64,000 nt of DNA from Cyanobacteriota bacterium (lineage in GTDB: Bacteria > Cyanobacteriota > Cyanobacteriia > Thermostichales > Thermostichaceae): the NCBI GenBank assembly GCA_033764955.1, contig JANRIL010000015.1, positions 1 through 64,000 on the forward strand, given 5' to 3'. Positions 38,763 through 50,116 of the stretch are shown here, one piece after another. Each line of letters opens with the position of its first letter. Position 1 is the first letter of the stretch. The position numbers and the translations under genes are program-made. The notes beneath the pieces are model-generated. The model made no database searches and had not been told where the DNA came from. It was given only the letters and a program-made list of their open reading frames with translations.

Positions 38763-38921
38763 AGAAATAGCCTTGATAGCGAGAATAGTCAGTTGTACCG
38801 AACTATCACTTGTGGAACACTCCCCAGGCAGGCAATGGATCCCCTTTCATGAGAGTTTTCTCATCCTCCCAGCCGCAACTTGCTAGGATGGAAATGAACA
38901 TAAGTTCCTTGACAAACTCTA

Positions 38922-39416
38922 TTGTCTGAGTTGAGTGCTTCCATCGTGCCGCTTAGCGATCTCCCCCTCCCCAGTGCTGTTGAACCGTGGCGCGAAGTAT
39001 TGGCTCCCCAGAGTTTGGGTTACCGTCTCACTCTCCTCTCTCAGTTAATTCGTCGTCAGCTACAAAATTTGTTGGATGACTATGGCATGACGACCTTTCA
39101 CTGGGTAGTCCTCTGTTGTCTTTGGGAAGAAGACGGAGTAGCCACCTCGGCGATTTGCCAACGCCTGCAACAGTTGGGGGGAACCATGACTGGGGTATTG
39201 GATGGCATGGAAAAACGTGGCTTGATTCGGCGGCAACGGGATCCCCTGGATCGACGGATTTGGCGGGTTTATCTGACGGAGGTGGGAGAAGCCTTGCGAA
39301 CAATTCTGCCTCCCAAAGTCAAACAATTGCGGGAAGAAACCTATGGTTGTCTGCTTCCCGAAGAACAAAAACAGCTTTCCCAATTTGTGGATATTCTGAT
39401 TGCTCATCTCTCGTGA
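38922..39416 (+). CDS. MarR family transcriptional regulator
   Basis: GT.TG.LD.MEKRGLI.R..DP.DRR..RVYLT. Confidence 0.9.
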   Translation: MSELSASIVPLSDLPLPSAVEPWREVLAPQSLGYRLTLLSQLIRRQLQNLLDDYGMTTFHWVVLCCLWEEDGVATSAICQRLQQLGGTMTGVLDGMEKRGLIRRQRDPLDRRIWRVYLTEVGEALRTILPPKVKQLREETYGCLLPEEQKQLSQFVDILIAHLS

Positions 39417-39625
39417 ACGCCATCCAGCGGGGGATCCCAACCATTTGTCCACTTCAACTCTATGTTTGGCGAGAGGCGGTTCCAATTTCCAAATAAACTC
39501 AACCCTAAGTCCACCAACTCATGGTTGATCAAGGGGCGCTGGTTATGCCTGGACTCATATTCTCCAGCTCATATTGCCGACTCATATTACAGTGTTGGTA
39601 ACGACTGTTTTCTTCTACCATCTTC

Positions 39626-40804
39626 ATGAAAGCTCTCACCCTTCTCGGCTCGACAGGTTCTATTGGCACACAAACCTTGGATCTGGTAGCTCAGTATCCC
39701 GACCGATTTCGGGTGGTGGGGTTGACCAGTCACCGGAATGTCGAGCGATTGGCGGAGCAGATTCGTCAGTTTCAACCGCAGATTGTCGGTCTTGGGGATC
39801 CGGCAGGACTGGCGGAGTTACGCCGTTTATTAGCAGGGATCCCCTCTCCCCCTCCCATTGTGGTGGGTTCAGAAGGATTGTGTGAGGTCGCGGCCTTTGG
39901 AGAAGCGGAATTGGTGGTAGGGGGGATTGTGGGTTGCGCGGGGCTATTGCCTACGATTGCGGCGATTCAGGCAGGCAAAGATATTGCTCTGGCCAACAAA
40001 GAGACCCTAGTCGCGGGCGGATCGATTGTCTTACCCTTGGTGGAAAAGCACGCGGTTCACCTCATCCCGGTGGATTCTGAGCATTCGGCTATATTTCAAT
40101 GTTTACAGGGGGTTCCTAACGGCGGACTGCGGCGGATCCTCCTGACGGCTTCTGGTGGCTCCTTTCGAGACTGGCCCGTGGAAAAGCTGAGCGAAGTTAC
40201 CTTGGCGGATGCCCTCAAACACCCCAACTGGGTGATGGGTCGCAAGATCACCATTGACTCCGCCACCCTCATGAACAAAGGACTCGAGGTGATTGAAGCT
40301 CACTGGCTATTTGGTCTCGACTACGACCACATCGACATTGTCATTCACCCCCAGAGCATTATTCATTCTTTGATTGAATTGCAGGACACCTCGGTATTGG
40401 CACAACTGGGCTGGCCCGACATGCATCTACCGATTTTGTATGGGCTGAGTTGGCCGGAACGCTTGCCCACCGCCTGGGATCCCCTTGATCTGGTGAAATT
40501 GGCAACCCTCACCTTCAAAGCCCCCGACCACCGCAAATACCCCTGTATGCAGTTAGCCTATGCCGCCGGACGACAGGGGGGAACGCTGCCAGCCGTGTTA
40601 AATGCTGCCAACGAAGCGATTGTGGAGCTCTTTTTACAAGAACAAATCTCCTTTCAAGATATCCCCCGCCTTTTGGAGTCGGTTTGTGAAGCCCATGATG
40701 TGCTAAATCAACCCAGCCTAGAGGATATTTTGCAGGCGGATGAGTGGGCACGCCATACCGCTCATGCTCTAGCCCGGCGAACTCCTGCTCAGGTCTTGGC
40801 TTAA
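39626..40804 (+). CDS. dxr: 1-deoxy-D-xylulose-5-phosphate reductoisomerase
   Basis: [36 protein letters not shown]. Confidence 0.96.
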   Translation: MKALTLLGSTGSIGTQTLDLVAQYPDRFRVVGLTSHRNVERLAEQIRQFQPQIVGLGDPAGLAELRRLLAGIPSPPPIVVGSEGLCEVAAFGEAELVVGGIVGCAGLLPTIAAIQAGKDIALANKETLVAGGSIVLPLVEKHAVHLIPVDSEHSAIFQCLQGVPNGGLRRILLTASGGSFRDWPVEKLSEVTLADALKHPNWVMGRKITIDSATLMNKGLEVIEAHWLFGLDYDHIDIVIHPQSIIHSLIELQDTSVLAQLGWPDMHLPILYGLSWPERLPTAWDPLDLVKLATLTFKAPDHRKYPCMQLAYAAGRQGGTLPAVLNAANEAIVELFLQEQISFQDIPRLLESVCEAHDVLNQPSLEDILQADEWARHTAHALARRTPAQVLA

Positions 40805-40851
40805 CGGCTATGGCTGCCTAAGGTTAAAGAGTCTGCCTCTTACCGATCCAC

Positions 40852-41754
40852 CTATGATCCACCGCCGGGGCTAGTAGATGTTTCGGTAGTGCTCGGAGCA
40901 ACTCCTCCCACCACGGGCAGCACAATCCGTTGCCCACCTTCGCTCAAGATCACTTCTTTGCGGCGAGCCGATACCCCCGTCACATCGGCTGACTCATACT
41001 TTTGACCGGGCTGCACCACCGCCGGAATCGCGCCACCCGCCGACACGAGGGCATAGGCGTCTCCATCAATTTGAATCACCCCTGACACCTGCACCGTCTT
41101 GGCGAAGGCTGCCGGATCGGGGGTAGGCTCAGGCAGTTCGCCAGGGAGAATATCGGATCCCACAACATTATCGGGGACGGGGATGGAAGGCAAAGGAGGC
41201 AAAGCATCCGTAGGCACAGGTTCGACAATCTCATTGAGGGGAGCAAAAGGATCCGACCGTCCGGCAGCCCGTTCTGCCCGCTCCGTTTCCGTCTCAATAT
41301 CTGCCGGAGCAATCAAAATGTCTGAAACACTCTGGGTGCTTTCCAACAACGTTTCCCCAACAGCGGGTTCAGGGGCTGTTTGCCCAAAGGCAGGAGCTGC
41401 CGCCAAGGTTTGGTTGGCTTGCGCCAAGGATTTCATGTCTGAGGCGCTACGGGCGAGGGTCTGCTCCATGTCCTGCTGCCACTGGTTGCCCACCCGCTTC
41501 ATGATGATAGGGCTAACTCGACCCTGCGATTCCACCAAGACTTCCGCCTGATCGGCAGCTAACAAGCGGGATCCGATAATTGTGGCTCCTTCGGGCAAAA
41601 GGATCTGCACCGAGGCTTCGGCAGCCGGAACAGGGGCAGTCTCTTGCGCCAAGCTCAGATGAGGAGTCAGTAGGAGCGTGATTGCGGAAGCCACTGCTCC
41701 CAGCAAGGCGCAGGGGATCCATTGGGGGCGAAGTGCGGATTTGAGTATGGACAT
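40852..41754 (-). CDS. Exported Pro-rich hypothetical protein (possibly PilP/GspC-like C-terminus)
   Basis: Signal peptide, GRSDPFAPL, C-terminal beta-rich V.GVIQI.G..YALV. Confidence 0.65.
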   Translation of the reverse strand: MSILKSALRPQWIPCALLGAVASAITLLLTPHLSLAQETAPVPAAEASVQILLPEGATIIGSRLLAADQAEVLVESQGRVSPIIMKRVGNQWQQDMEQTLARSASDMKSLAQANQTLAAAPAFGQTAPEPAVGETLLESTQSVSDILIAPADIETETERAERAAGRSDPFAPLNEIVEPVPTDALPPLPSIPVPDNVVGSDILPGELPEPTPDPAAFAKTVQVSGVIQIDGDAYALVSAGGAIPAVVQPGQKYESADVTGVSARRKEVILSEGGQRIVLPVVGGVAPSTTETSTSPGGGS

Positions 41755-41929
41755 AGCCTATTTTTTGAGCAGTATTACTCCATACCATACCCAAAGAACC
41801 TCTGCCCTGCCACCGTCCGGCGCTGAGTTTGCTCGATTTGGGTTCCGGATCCCAGGCTGTGGGGATGACCTATTCAAGCAGGGGGAGAACCTGTCATAAT
41901 AGAGTGTAAAGTTTCGTAAATAATCTCCT

Positions 41930-42619
41930 ATGGTTTCTCCCACCGCCGATGCCTCTGATGAGTTGAGTGCGCTTGCCGCACAGTTGACCAGTAGTCGTTC
42001 GGCGGATCGGATGGTGGCTTTAGCCAAGCTGCGGCAGGTTCCCAATGAATTGGCTGTGCCCTTGATCCTGACGGTGATCGAGGATGAAAACCTGCAAGTC
42101 CGCTCCCTGGCTGTCTTTGCCCTGGGTGTCAAACCAAGCGAGGTCTCTCTGCCTAAACTGGTGGAGATTTTGACTTCGGATCCCGACTATGGGATCCGTG
42201 CCGATGCCGCCGGGGCACTGGGTTATCTGGGGGATGTACGCGCCCTAGAACCCTTGGTGAGAGCTTTTTATGAGGATGTGGAGTGGCTCGTCCGCTTTAG
42301 TGCCGCCGTGGCGCTGGGCAACCTGCGGGATCCGCGAGCCTTTGATGTCTTGGTAGATGCCCTTGACTCCCCTGATACCTTAATGCATCAAGCCGCCATT
42401 GCCGCCCTAGGCGAAGTAGGGGATCCCCGTTGTTTGCCACAAATCCTTAATTTTGCTCAATCCTCCGATTGGTTGGTTCGGCAACGGCTGGCGCAGGCTC
42501 TGGGCAACTTACCCTCTGACAAAACTCTTGCCGCCCTCAACTACCTGGCCAAGGATCCCCATGACAGCGTGGCGGCGGCGGCGCTTGACTCCCTACGAAA
42601 GCTGCAGGGACACATTTAG
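41930..42619 (+). CDS. PBS lyase HEAT-repeat protein (NblB-like)
   Basis: HEAT repeats; DYGIRADAAGALGYL, EWLVRFSAAVALGNL. Confidence 0.85.
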   Translation: MVSPTADASDELSALAAQLTSSRSADRMVALAKLRQVPNELAVPLILTVIEDENLQVRSLAVFALGVKPSEVSLPKLVEILTSDPDYGIRADAAGALGYLGDVRALEPLVRAFYEDVEWLVRFSAAVALGNLRDPRAFDVLVDALDSPDTLMHQAAIAALGEVGDPRCLPQILNFAQSSDWLVRQRLAQALGNLPSDKTLAALNYLAKDPHDSVAAAALDSLRKLQGHI

Positions 42620-42644
42620 CCTATGGAAAGTTGAGATAACCCGC

Positions 42645-43208
42645 TTAGGTTACCTTTTGCTCCACCCCAAATCCCACTAAGATGACCTCTTGCAACGGTT
42701 GTCCGCTCTGCGGACGCTGATAGGTGAGGATTTGCCGAATCCGTAGCCGCGGGTTGATCAGGGTAATCGAATCCACCGCCACCATCTGGGTATAAGTGGT
42801 GGTCATGAGCAACCGTAAACCTTCCGGCTCAAAGCGAAAATGTGCCACAATCGGGCGATCTTCCTGATAAGCTCGATCCCTCAGATAGTCTCCCTCTAGG
42901 GATCCCTCAACCTCCCGCTGCGGCAAAAACAGCATATTCAGTTCTTGGGCTACCTCGTCGCCAAACTCAGAAACCGTTTCAAAACCCAAATGAAAGCCCA
43001 ATAAGCCGTTGATCTCCGGTTGAGAAGGATAGTGGTTGTCGTGCAAAACCTTATCTTTGAAGGCCGGCGTTAGGGTGCGAATCGTAAAGGTTGTATGGGA
43101 TCGCTCTACCGTTTGCCGGGGCATGTCGTGGTAAGTGCGCTCTGTTTTCCAACCCCCGATACAGCAATCAAAAAAATAGTGAAATCGATCTAACGCCGCC
43201 GTCATCAC
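42645..43208 (-). CDS. CpcS/CpeS-type phycobiliprotein lyase
   Basis: FF....G.W.TERTYH, YLRDRAY, I.LINP.LR.R. Confidence 0.8.
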   Translation of the reverse strand: MMTAALDRFHYFFDCCIGGWKTERTYHDMPRQTVERSHTTFTIRTLTPAFKDKVLHDNHYPSQPEINGLLGFHLGFETVSEFGDEVAQELNMLFLPQREVEGSLEGDYLRDRAYQEDRPIVAHFRFEPEGLRLLMTTTYTQMVAVDSITLINPRLRIRQILTYQRPQSGQPLQEVILVGFGVEQKVT

Positions 43209-43335
43209 CTGAACCTGCCCCAGAACTACGGATCTACCCCAAAGGGATCCCTACCATCTGCTCGTCATATCTGCTCGTCAATGATTCAGTATCTAATGAA
43301 AGGGATGCGGGGAAAAGGGGTTGTGTGGAGCAGCC

Positions 43336-44652
43336 TCAAGAGCGAGATAAAGCCAGCCCGAAGTCAGCCGAGGCATCCCTGAGGAAGTGGAGAGCCGCCA
43401 TAAACTGCGGATCCTGCTCGCTGGCTACCTGCTCATAGCTGAGGGGTTGTTGGGGCAATTCCACAACGAAGTCAGGGTGGATCCCTAATTTATTGATATC
43501 GCGTCCCTGAGGAGTCATGTATTTGGCCGTCGTAATCGCTAATCCTGAGCCATCGGGCAAATCAAACAACGATTGAATCAGCCCCTTGCCAAAGGTTTGG
43601 GTTCCCACCAACACGGCTCGTTTGGCATCCTGGAGGGCACCCGCCAAGACTTCACTGGCACTGGCACTTCCCTGGTTGACCAGCACCACCAAAGGAGCCG
43701 TCGTCAGCACACTGGAATTGGCGCGGATACTATCCTGAATGCCGTTACGATCCGTGACCAAAACAATATCTCCCTCCCCGATCCACATTTGGGCAATCTC
43801 TATGGCCGCCTGCAAGAGTCCGCCGGGGTTATTTCGCAAATCTAAGATATAGCCCGCCACCGGCTGGGCTTCCGCCGCCACAATCGCTTGCTTCACTTCC
43901 TGGGCAGCATTGCCATTAAATTGATTGAGGCGAATGTAGGCGACCGTTTCCCCCGCCCGCCGCCCCGCCACCCACTTGCTGCGTACCGGGTGAATAGAGA
44001 TGGCCGCCCGTAGCAAGCGCACCGACATCTGTCGTTCTCCCCTTTGCAGCCAGAGATCCACCCCCGTACCCGAAGCGCCCCGCATTTTTTCGGCCACCGC
44101 ATCCAAGCTCATCCCTGCCGTGGGTTGCTGGTCAATGGCTACAATTTGATCCCCTGTCAAAATTCCCGCTTGATCGGCTGGACTACCTTCAATCGGACTG
44201 ATCACCATGACTCGCCCCGCCTCATCAATGGCGATTTGCAAACCTACCCCATTTAACTCTCCAGCCGTCGAGGTTTGCAGACTTTGGTAATGCTGCCGAT
44301 CCAGAAAGCGAGTAAAAGGATCCCCCAAGCTGGTCAGCATTCCCTCGATGGCATGATAAGTTGCCTCCCGATCCGGTAAGGGTTGAGCCAGAGCTTTTTG
44401 CCGCACCGACCACCAATTTTGTCCATTAAAGGTGGGATCCACATAGGCGCGATCCACCAATGTCCACGCCGTCGCCAGCAGTTTTTGTTCATCCCCCCAC
44501 TTGAGGCTGGCGGCTTGGGCTTGACAAACCAGTAGATGGAGGCTGAGCCAGCCGATCAACACCCAAACCCCCACCTGCTTGAGGGAAGACCATAGAGGGG
44601 ATCCCGTCCCTGAGCGAGGAGACCAAAACGAATCGCGTGCTCGTCCTTTCAT
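43336..44652 (-). CDS. ctpA: Carboxyl-terminal processing protease (S41)
   Basis: PDZ GVGLQI, DLRNNPGG, SASASE, TFGKG; divergent from petB. Confidence 0.9.
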   Translation of the reverse strand: MKGRARDSFWSPRSGTGSPLWSSLKQVGVWVLIGWLSLHLLVCQAQAASLKWGDEQKLLATAWTLVDRAYVDPTFNGQNWWSVRQKALAQPLPDREATYHAIEGMLTSLGDPFTRFLDRQHYQSLQTSTAGELNGVGLQIAIDEAGRVMVISPIEGSPADQAGILTGDQIVAIDQQPTAGMSLDAVAEKMRGASGTGVDLWLQRGERQMSVRLLRAAISIHPVRSKWVAGRRAGETVAYIRLNQFNGNAAQEVKQAIVAAEAQPVAGYILDLRNNPGGLLQAAIEIAQMWIGEGDIVLVTDRNGIQDSIRANSSVLTTAPLVVLVNQGSASASEVLAGALQDAKRAVLVGTQTFGKGLIQSLFDLPDGSGLAITTAKYMTPQGRDINKLGIHPDFVVELPQQPLSYEQVASEQDPQFMAALHFLRDASADFGLALSRS

Positions 44653-44839
44653 GAGTCGTGATTGCCTTATCGTTCAGCAATTGTAAACACAGCTTTGATA
44701 CGTTTCTTTACTTTTTTCGGTCATTGGCCGATTTCTCTGGAAGTTAGCCCCCATTCCTCCTGAGAGAGGCGCAAGGGATCCGGTTTTCTCATGTTAAATT
44801 GCTTAAGAAGAGATAAGTAACTTCAGGATTCGCAGTTTT

Positions 44840-45487
44840 ATGAGCAAGGTTTACGACTGGTTAGACGAGCGGCTAGAAATCACCCCCTTTGTGGATGATG
44901 CCACGGGCAAGTTTATTCCTCCGCATGTCAACATCTTTTATTGTTTGGGTGGCGTGACGCTGGTTTGCTTTCTCATCCAGTTTGCCACGGGCTTTGCCAT
45001 GACCTTTTATTACCGTCCCACTGTCACCGAAGCCTTTGAGTCCGTGAACATGATCATGACGCAGGTCAACTTTGGTTGGCTGCTCCGCTCCATCCATCGG
45101 TGGAGTGCGTCCATGATGGTGCTAGTGATGATTCTTCACACCTTCCGTGTCTATCTAACGGGCGGCTTCAAAAAACCCAGAGAGCTGACTTGGGTAACTG
45201 GAGTTGTCTTGGCGGTGCTGACGGTTTCCTTTGGGGTGACGGGCTACTCCTTGCCCTGGGATCAAGTTGGCTACTGGGCCGTGAAAATTGTCTCTGGGGT
45301 GCCGAGTGCGATTCCTGTTGTGGGCACCACGCTAGTAGAGCTGATTCGCGGTGGGGAAAGTGTAGGGCAAGGAACCCTCACTCGTTTTTATAGCCTGCAC
45401 ACCTTTGTGTTGCCTTGGTTGATTGCTGTATTTATGACTATGCACTTCTTGATGATCCGTCGCCAAGGCATTTCGGGGCCATTGTAA
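44840..45487 (+). CDS. petB: Cytochrome b6
   Basis: [36 protein letters not shown]. Confidence 0.98.
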   Translation: MSKVYDWLDERLEITPFVDDATGKFIPPHVNIFYCLGGVTLVCFLIQFATGFAMTFYYRPTVTEAFESVNMIMTQVNFGWLLRSIHRWSASMMVLVMILHTFRVYLTGGFKKPRELTWVTGVVLAVLTVSFGVTGYSLPWDQVGYWAVKIVSGVPSAIPVVGTTLVELIRGGESVGQGTLTRFYSLHTFVLPWLIAVFMTMHFLMIRRQGISGPL

Positions 45488-45613
45488 GCGCCGCCAGCCT
45501 AAAATCATCATGGATGCCATAATTCAGAAATCATCAGGATCCTGTTAGGACAAGAGTTTGACGATCTTTTCTTTTATCCATCATTATTAGCAAGTTGCAC
45601 AAGGAGAGTATTC

Positions 45614-46126
45614 ATGGCTGTTTCTAAAGAGGCAATTGCCCGCGAAGCCATTACCCGCAAAGTGGATCTCGACAACCCCAAAGTGGTTGCCAAGCTGAAA
45701 AAGAATATGGGTCACATGACCTACGGTGAACCCGCTTGGCCCAACGATCTCCTGTTTATGTTCCCCGTCGTGATTTTGGGCACGATTGCTATGAATGTGG
45801 CCTTGGCGGTTATGGATCCGGCGGGTGTCGGCGAGGCGGCGGATCCGTTTGCTACTCCCCTCGAAATCCTGCCAGAGTGGTATCTCTACCCTGCTTTTCA
45901 CCTTCTGCGGATTGCTCCTAACAAATTGTTAGGCATCGCCTTGATGTCTGCCATCCCAGCGTTGTTGATGCTGGTGCCCTTTATCGAAAATGTTAATAAG
46001 TTCCAGAATCCCTTGCGTCGTCCGGTGGCCACCACGGTCTTTTTATTCGGAACTCTCGTTACCCTTTATTTGGGGATTGGAGCTACCTTACCGTTGGATA
46101 AGTGGGTGACCTTGGGATTGTTTTAG
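45614..46126 (+). CDS. petD: Cytochrome b6-f subunit IV
   Basis: [26 protein letters not shown]. Confidence 0.98.
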   Translation: MAVSKEAIAREAITRKVDLDNPKVVAKLKKNMGHMTYGEPAWPNDLLFMFPVVILGTIAMNVALAVMDPAGVGEAADPFATPLEILPEWYLYPAFHLLRIAPNKLLGIALMSAIPALLMLVPFIENVNKFQNPLRRPVATTVFLFGTLVTLYLGIGATLPLDKWVTLGLF

Positions 46127-46465
46127 GGTGTTTGGGTTGTTTACCACTGCCTGCCGATCCCTCTCCGAATGCCACTCCTTGAGAGGAGGTATGGAGATTA
46201 AGGGGCATGTATAAACCTATGCGGTGTGGAGGACTTCGCCATGCCGCCTTTCTTACAGCCTGCCATCCATAGGGGATCCCGTCCCACAGAAGCTAATCTT
46301 AAGCTATGCGGAGAGGAATCAGGAGGGCTTTCCCAGATTGACAAGCAGCCAGCTATGATGAGAGGCAGAAGGTAAGGGATAAAAGGAGTGGGTTTTGAAC
46401 CTACATATCCTTGCTCAAAGCTTCAGGGAATTTTTTGGTGTGATACGTGTGAGGAGTGGAAGCCT

Positions 46466-47404
46466 GTGAATTTTGGGCGAGTGCTAACGGCGATGGTGAC
46501 TCCCTTTCAAGATAATGGGGAGGTTCATTATGGGGAGGCCGCTCGTCTAGCCGCCTATTTAGCCGATAACGGCTCCGATGCTCTAGTGGTCTGCGGCACA
46601 ACCGGCGAATCTCCCACCCTGACTTGGGAAGAGGAATACCAGCTTTTTCAGGTGGTGCAGCAGGCGGTAGCGGGCAAAGCCAAGGTGATTGCGGGAACGG
46701 GATCCAATTCCACCCGTGAAGCGATTGCTGCCACCCGCAAGGCAGCTCAACTGGGTTTGGATGGATCCCTGCAAGTTGTTCCCTATTACAACAAACCCTC
46801 TCAATCTGGCCTCTATCAACACTTTAAGGCAATCGCGGAGTCTAGCCCTCTCCCCATCCTCCTCTACAACATTCCTAGCCGCACCGGAGCTAGTTTGCAG
46901 CCAGAGACCGTTGCCCGCCTAGCCGATCTCGATACCATTGTGGCGATCAAGGAAGCCAGTGGTAGCATGGATATAACCTCTCAAATTCGCCGATTGACTC
47001 CCAGCCATTTTGCCATTTACTCTGGGGATGACTCCTTAACCCTACCGATGTTGGCTCTCGGTGCGAGCGGAGTTGTGAGTGTGGCTAGCCACTTGGTGGG
47101 GGCAAAAATGCAGGAGATGATCCAAGCTTTTCAGGCGGGTCGGGTTCAATCTGCTCTTGAGATTCATCTCACCCTCTTACCGTTGTTCAAGGATTTGTTC
47201 ATTGACACGAATCCCATTCCCATCAAATCTGCTTTGCAGATGCAGGGCTGGAAGGTTGGTTCTGTGCGGTTACCGTTGTTCCCTATGGCAGAAGGATTGG
47301 TCAGTCAGTTGCGCTTGACACTGCTGGATGCTGGACTGCTGCCCGTAGATTCCCCTTTGCCTTTAGCCAGCGATGCTGCCCGTAGTTTGAGCGCTCGAGC
47401 ATAA
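46466..47404 (+). CDS. dapA: 4-hydroxy-tetrahydrodipicolinate synthase
   Basis: [37 protein letters not shown] start. Confidence 0.95.
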   Translation: MNFGRVLTAMVTPFQDNGEVHYGEAARLAAYLADNGSDALVVCGTTGESPTLTWEEEYQLFQVVQQAVAGKAKVIAGTGSNSTREAIAATRKAAQLGLDGSLQVVPYYNKPSQSGLYQHFKAIAESSPLPILLYNIPSRTGASLQPETVARLADLDTIVAIKEASGSMDITSQIRRLTPSHFAIYSGDDSLTLPMLALGASGVVSVASHLVGAKMQEMIQAFQAGRVQSALEIHLTLLPLFKDLFIDTNPIPIKSALQMQGWKVGSVRLPLFPMAEGLVSQLRLTLLDAGLLPVDSPLPLASDAARSLSARA

Positions 47405-47804
47405 AGCTATTGGAGTCTAAAACTATCTCACCACTCGCTCTTCTCAGGGCTTGAGCCGATTATCAAGATGGAATCATCAGCATGGAATTAGTTTAATCAG
47501 GATGGATGGTAGTGGGTAGCATGGCAAGTCAATGGCCTGAAGTGGGGATAATCTGGGATCCTGCCGGTAGAAAACTATCCAGAAGCAATCCGTTTGGCGG
47601 GATCCACGGCGATAGGCAGTTAAGCCCTGTGATCAGTCCCTAAGCAAAGTTTTTGTGCCCTGGAGGAGTGAACGGCAACCTGACAGCTTGTCAAGATGGC
47701 TTATCAGAATGTCTTGATGCGTGCTCAGGATCCCTGACTCCGACTCTCGATACCCAGGCCCTGTTGAGGTGTTCGTTATTTTTACGTTGAGGAATCTTAC
47801 CCCT

Positions 47805-49649
47805 ATGTCGATGTCTACTCATCCTGCTCGTCCGTCCAGCAAACCGACTCCAGTCCAACTCATTCCTCTGGGAGGAGAACAGGAAATCGGTAAGAATACC
47901 TGGGCTTTCCGCTACGAGGATGAAATTATCCTGTTGGATGCGGGACTGGCTTTTCCTGATGAGAGTATGCATGGGATCAATATCGTGTTGCCCGATATGA
48001 CCTATGTGAAAGAGAATCGGGACAAAATTCGCGGTATGGTGGTCACCCACGGGCATGAAGACCATATTGGCGGGATCCCCTATCACCTACGGGACTTTGA
48101 GATCCCCGTCATCTATGGCCCTAAGTTGGCGCTCGCCCTCCTGGAGGAAAAGCTGAGGGAAGCTGGCCTACTCCATAAAACCGAACTGCGTACCGTCTCT
48201 CCCCGCCAGGTTGTCCCCCTAGGAAAAAACTTTTTTGTGGAGTTTATCCGCAACACCCACTCCTTTGCTGATAGCTTTACGGTGGCTCTGCATACTCCGG
48301 CGGGGGTCGTCATCCAGACAGGAGACTTCAAGATTGACCACACCCCTGTGGATGGGGAATATTTTGATCTGCAACGGCTGGCGGAACATGGCGAGAAAGG
48401 GGTTCTCTGTTTAATCAGTGACTCCACCAATGCAGAAGTGCCCGGTTATACACCCTCGGAGGCATCAGTTATTCCCGGTCTTAGCAAAGCGATTGGGGCG
48501 GCTAAAGGCAGGGCGATCATCACCACTTTTGCTTCTTCGGTTCACCGCATCAATATCATTCTGCAAATCGCGGAACAGCAGGGTCGAGTCGTCTCCTTGC
48601 TGGGACGTTCGATGATCAACGTCGTGGCTCATGCCCGTCGCCTGGGCTACATTCGCTGCAAAGATGAAACCCTGCAACCCATGCACGTGATCAACCACAT
48701 GAAGGATGCCGATGTGATCATCCTCACCACCGGATCCCAGGGGGAACCCTCCGCGGCTCTAACCCGCATTGCCAATGGCGAACATCCCCAGTTGCAGATC
48801 AAGCGGGGAGATACAGTGATCATTTCCGCTAACCCAATTCCGGGCAATGTCATTCCGGTTTCACGGGTGATCGATAAACTGATGAGTTTGGGTGCTCATG
48901 TTGTCTATGGCAAAGAAAAAGGTATCCATGTCTCCGGGCATGGGGCACAGGAGGAGCAAAAGTTAATGCTGGCGCTGACCAAACCCAAATTCTTTGTGCC
49001 TACCCACGGCGAATATCGCATGTTGGTCAAGCACGCCGAAACCGCCATCAGTATGGGGATGCCTCCCGAAAACATTGTGATTGTCAACAATGGCGATGTG
49101 GTGCAGGTGACTGAAGACAAAATTGCTGTGGTGGATCGGGTGGCTTCTGGCATTCAACTGATCGATGGATCCCACGGGGCTGGTGTGGTTGTGGACAAGG
49201 TTATGCAAGAGCGCCAGCAAATCGCCAAGGAAGGCTTAGTGACTGTCGGCATTACGGTGGATCAGGCGGGCAAACTGGTTTATCAGCCACAGGTGAAAAC
49301 CTTTGGCTTGGCTGGGGATCCCCGTGCCATCTCCGCCAATCTTTTACAGCCAACAATCGAGCGGGTTTTGGCTGCCGAGTGGTCTCACTTTGCCCGTGCT
49401 ATGGAGCGGGGTCATGTGGATATTGACTGGACAGGACTAAAAGATGCTGTCGAGAGAGCAGTACGGCGCGTGGTACGCGAACAAATAGCGGGCAAACCCA
49501 CTGTCGTCTTGATGATGCAATCCCCGCCGGTAACGACTCGCTCCACGGGTGAGACAGAAAAGCAAACGGTTACAGATGAGTTGGTTAAGGAAGTGCAGGC
49601 AGCTACCCGTCAACGCAAACGTCGTTCAGCGGCGGTGGCGGCCTCTTAA
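47805..49649 (+). CDS. rnj: Ribonuclease J
   Basis: PLGG..EIGKN, THGHEDHIG, TGDFK.D, HVSGH. Confidence 0.95.
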   Translation: MSMSTHPARPSSKPTPVQLIPLGGEQEIGKNTWAFRYEDEIILLDAGLAFPDESMHGINIVLPDMTYVKENRDKIRGMVVTHGHEDHIGGIPYHLRDFEIPVIYGPKLALALLEEKLREAGLLHKTELRTVSPRQVVPLGKNFFVEFIRNTHSFADSFTVALHTPAGVVIQTGDFKIDHTPVDGEYFDLQRLAEHGEKGVLCLISDSTNAEVPGYTPSEASVIPGLSKAIGAAKGRAIITTFASSVHRINIILQIAEQQGRVVSLLGRSMINVVAHARRLGYIRCKDETLQPMHVINHMKDADVIILTTGSQGEPSAALTRIANGEHPQLQIKRGDTVIISANPIPGNVIPVSRVIDKLMSLGAHVVYGKEKGIHVSGHGAQEEQKLMLALTKPKFFVPTHGEYRMLVKHAETAISMGMPPENIVIVNNGDVVQVTEDKIAVVDRVASGIQLIDGSHGAGVVVDKVMQERQQIAKEGLVTVGITVDQAGKLVYQPQVKTFGLAGDPRAISANLLQPTIERVLAAEWSHFARAMERGHVDIDWTGLKDAVERAVRRVVREQIAGKPTVVLMMQSPPVTTRSTGETEKQTVTDELVKEVQAATRQRKRRSAAVAAS

Positions 49650-49665
49650 CCTCTGCTTAGCTTAC

Positions 49666-49872
49666 TCGGCGGGAAGCCCCGCACCGTAACCGATAGGGTC
49701 GGTGTCGGGATGATAGCCAGGGTCGGCGTACTCCGCACAATTTGGACTAGCCGACCAACTTTTGCTATGGTGTTTCCAAGTGGGGTTGGGCGTCGCCTCA
49801 CTATAAAACGCGAAGTCCTGAAAAGGATAGAGAAGCCCACACCGTATGTTTGCGGTGATGGGAGTACGTCAC
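49666..49872 (+). mobile_element. Non-autonomous IS200/IS605-type mini element with both end hairpins, copy C
   Basis: Left hairpin CCCGCACCG/CGGTG(T)CGGG and right hairpin CCCACACCG/CGGTG(A)TGGG, both preceded by GAAG; ends in CGTCAC; left boundary approximate. Confidence 0.7.
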
Positions 49873-50001
49873 GGCAAGAAGGGATCTGTCAAAAATCCTG
49901 AAAACTGCTCACCAGAAGCTCCTTTACTGGTGAGTGGTTGACATTCTGGCAGCAACACTAGGTTCTGTTGATCTTTGTCCTTCAATCAGAAAATACCCCC
50001 A

Positions 50002-50083
50002 GTTCTAGACTCGGATCCCCCTAAATCCCCCTTGAAAAGGGGAATTTTGCATCCAGTTCTCCCCTTCTTTCTTAAGGGGGGAT
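50002..50083 (+). repeat. Small dispersed palindromic repeat (second copy)
   Basis: GGATCCCCCTAAATCCCCCTTGAAAAGGGGAA..CCCCTT..AAGGGGGGATC; matches 4589-4654 inverted. Confidence 0.6.
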
Positions 50084-50116
50084 CTCTCCGGTTGCTTTGT
50101 TAAAGATCAACACGAC

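Noticed and set aside
46127..46465. Lysine riboswitch upstream of dapA
   Set aside because: Only generic hairpins, probably the petD 3' end; L-box consensus not recognisable
47405..47804. ncRNA in the dapA-rnj spacer
   Set aside because: Some stems, but no recognisable family; cannot be supported by eye
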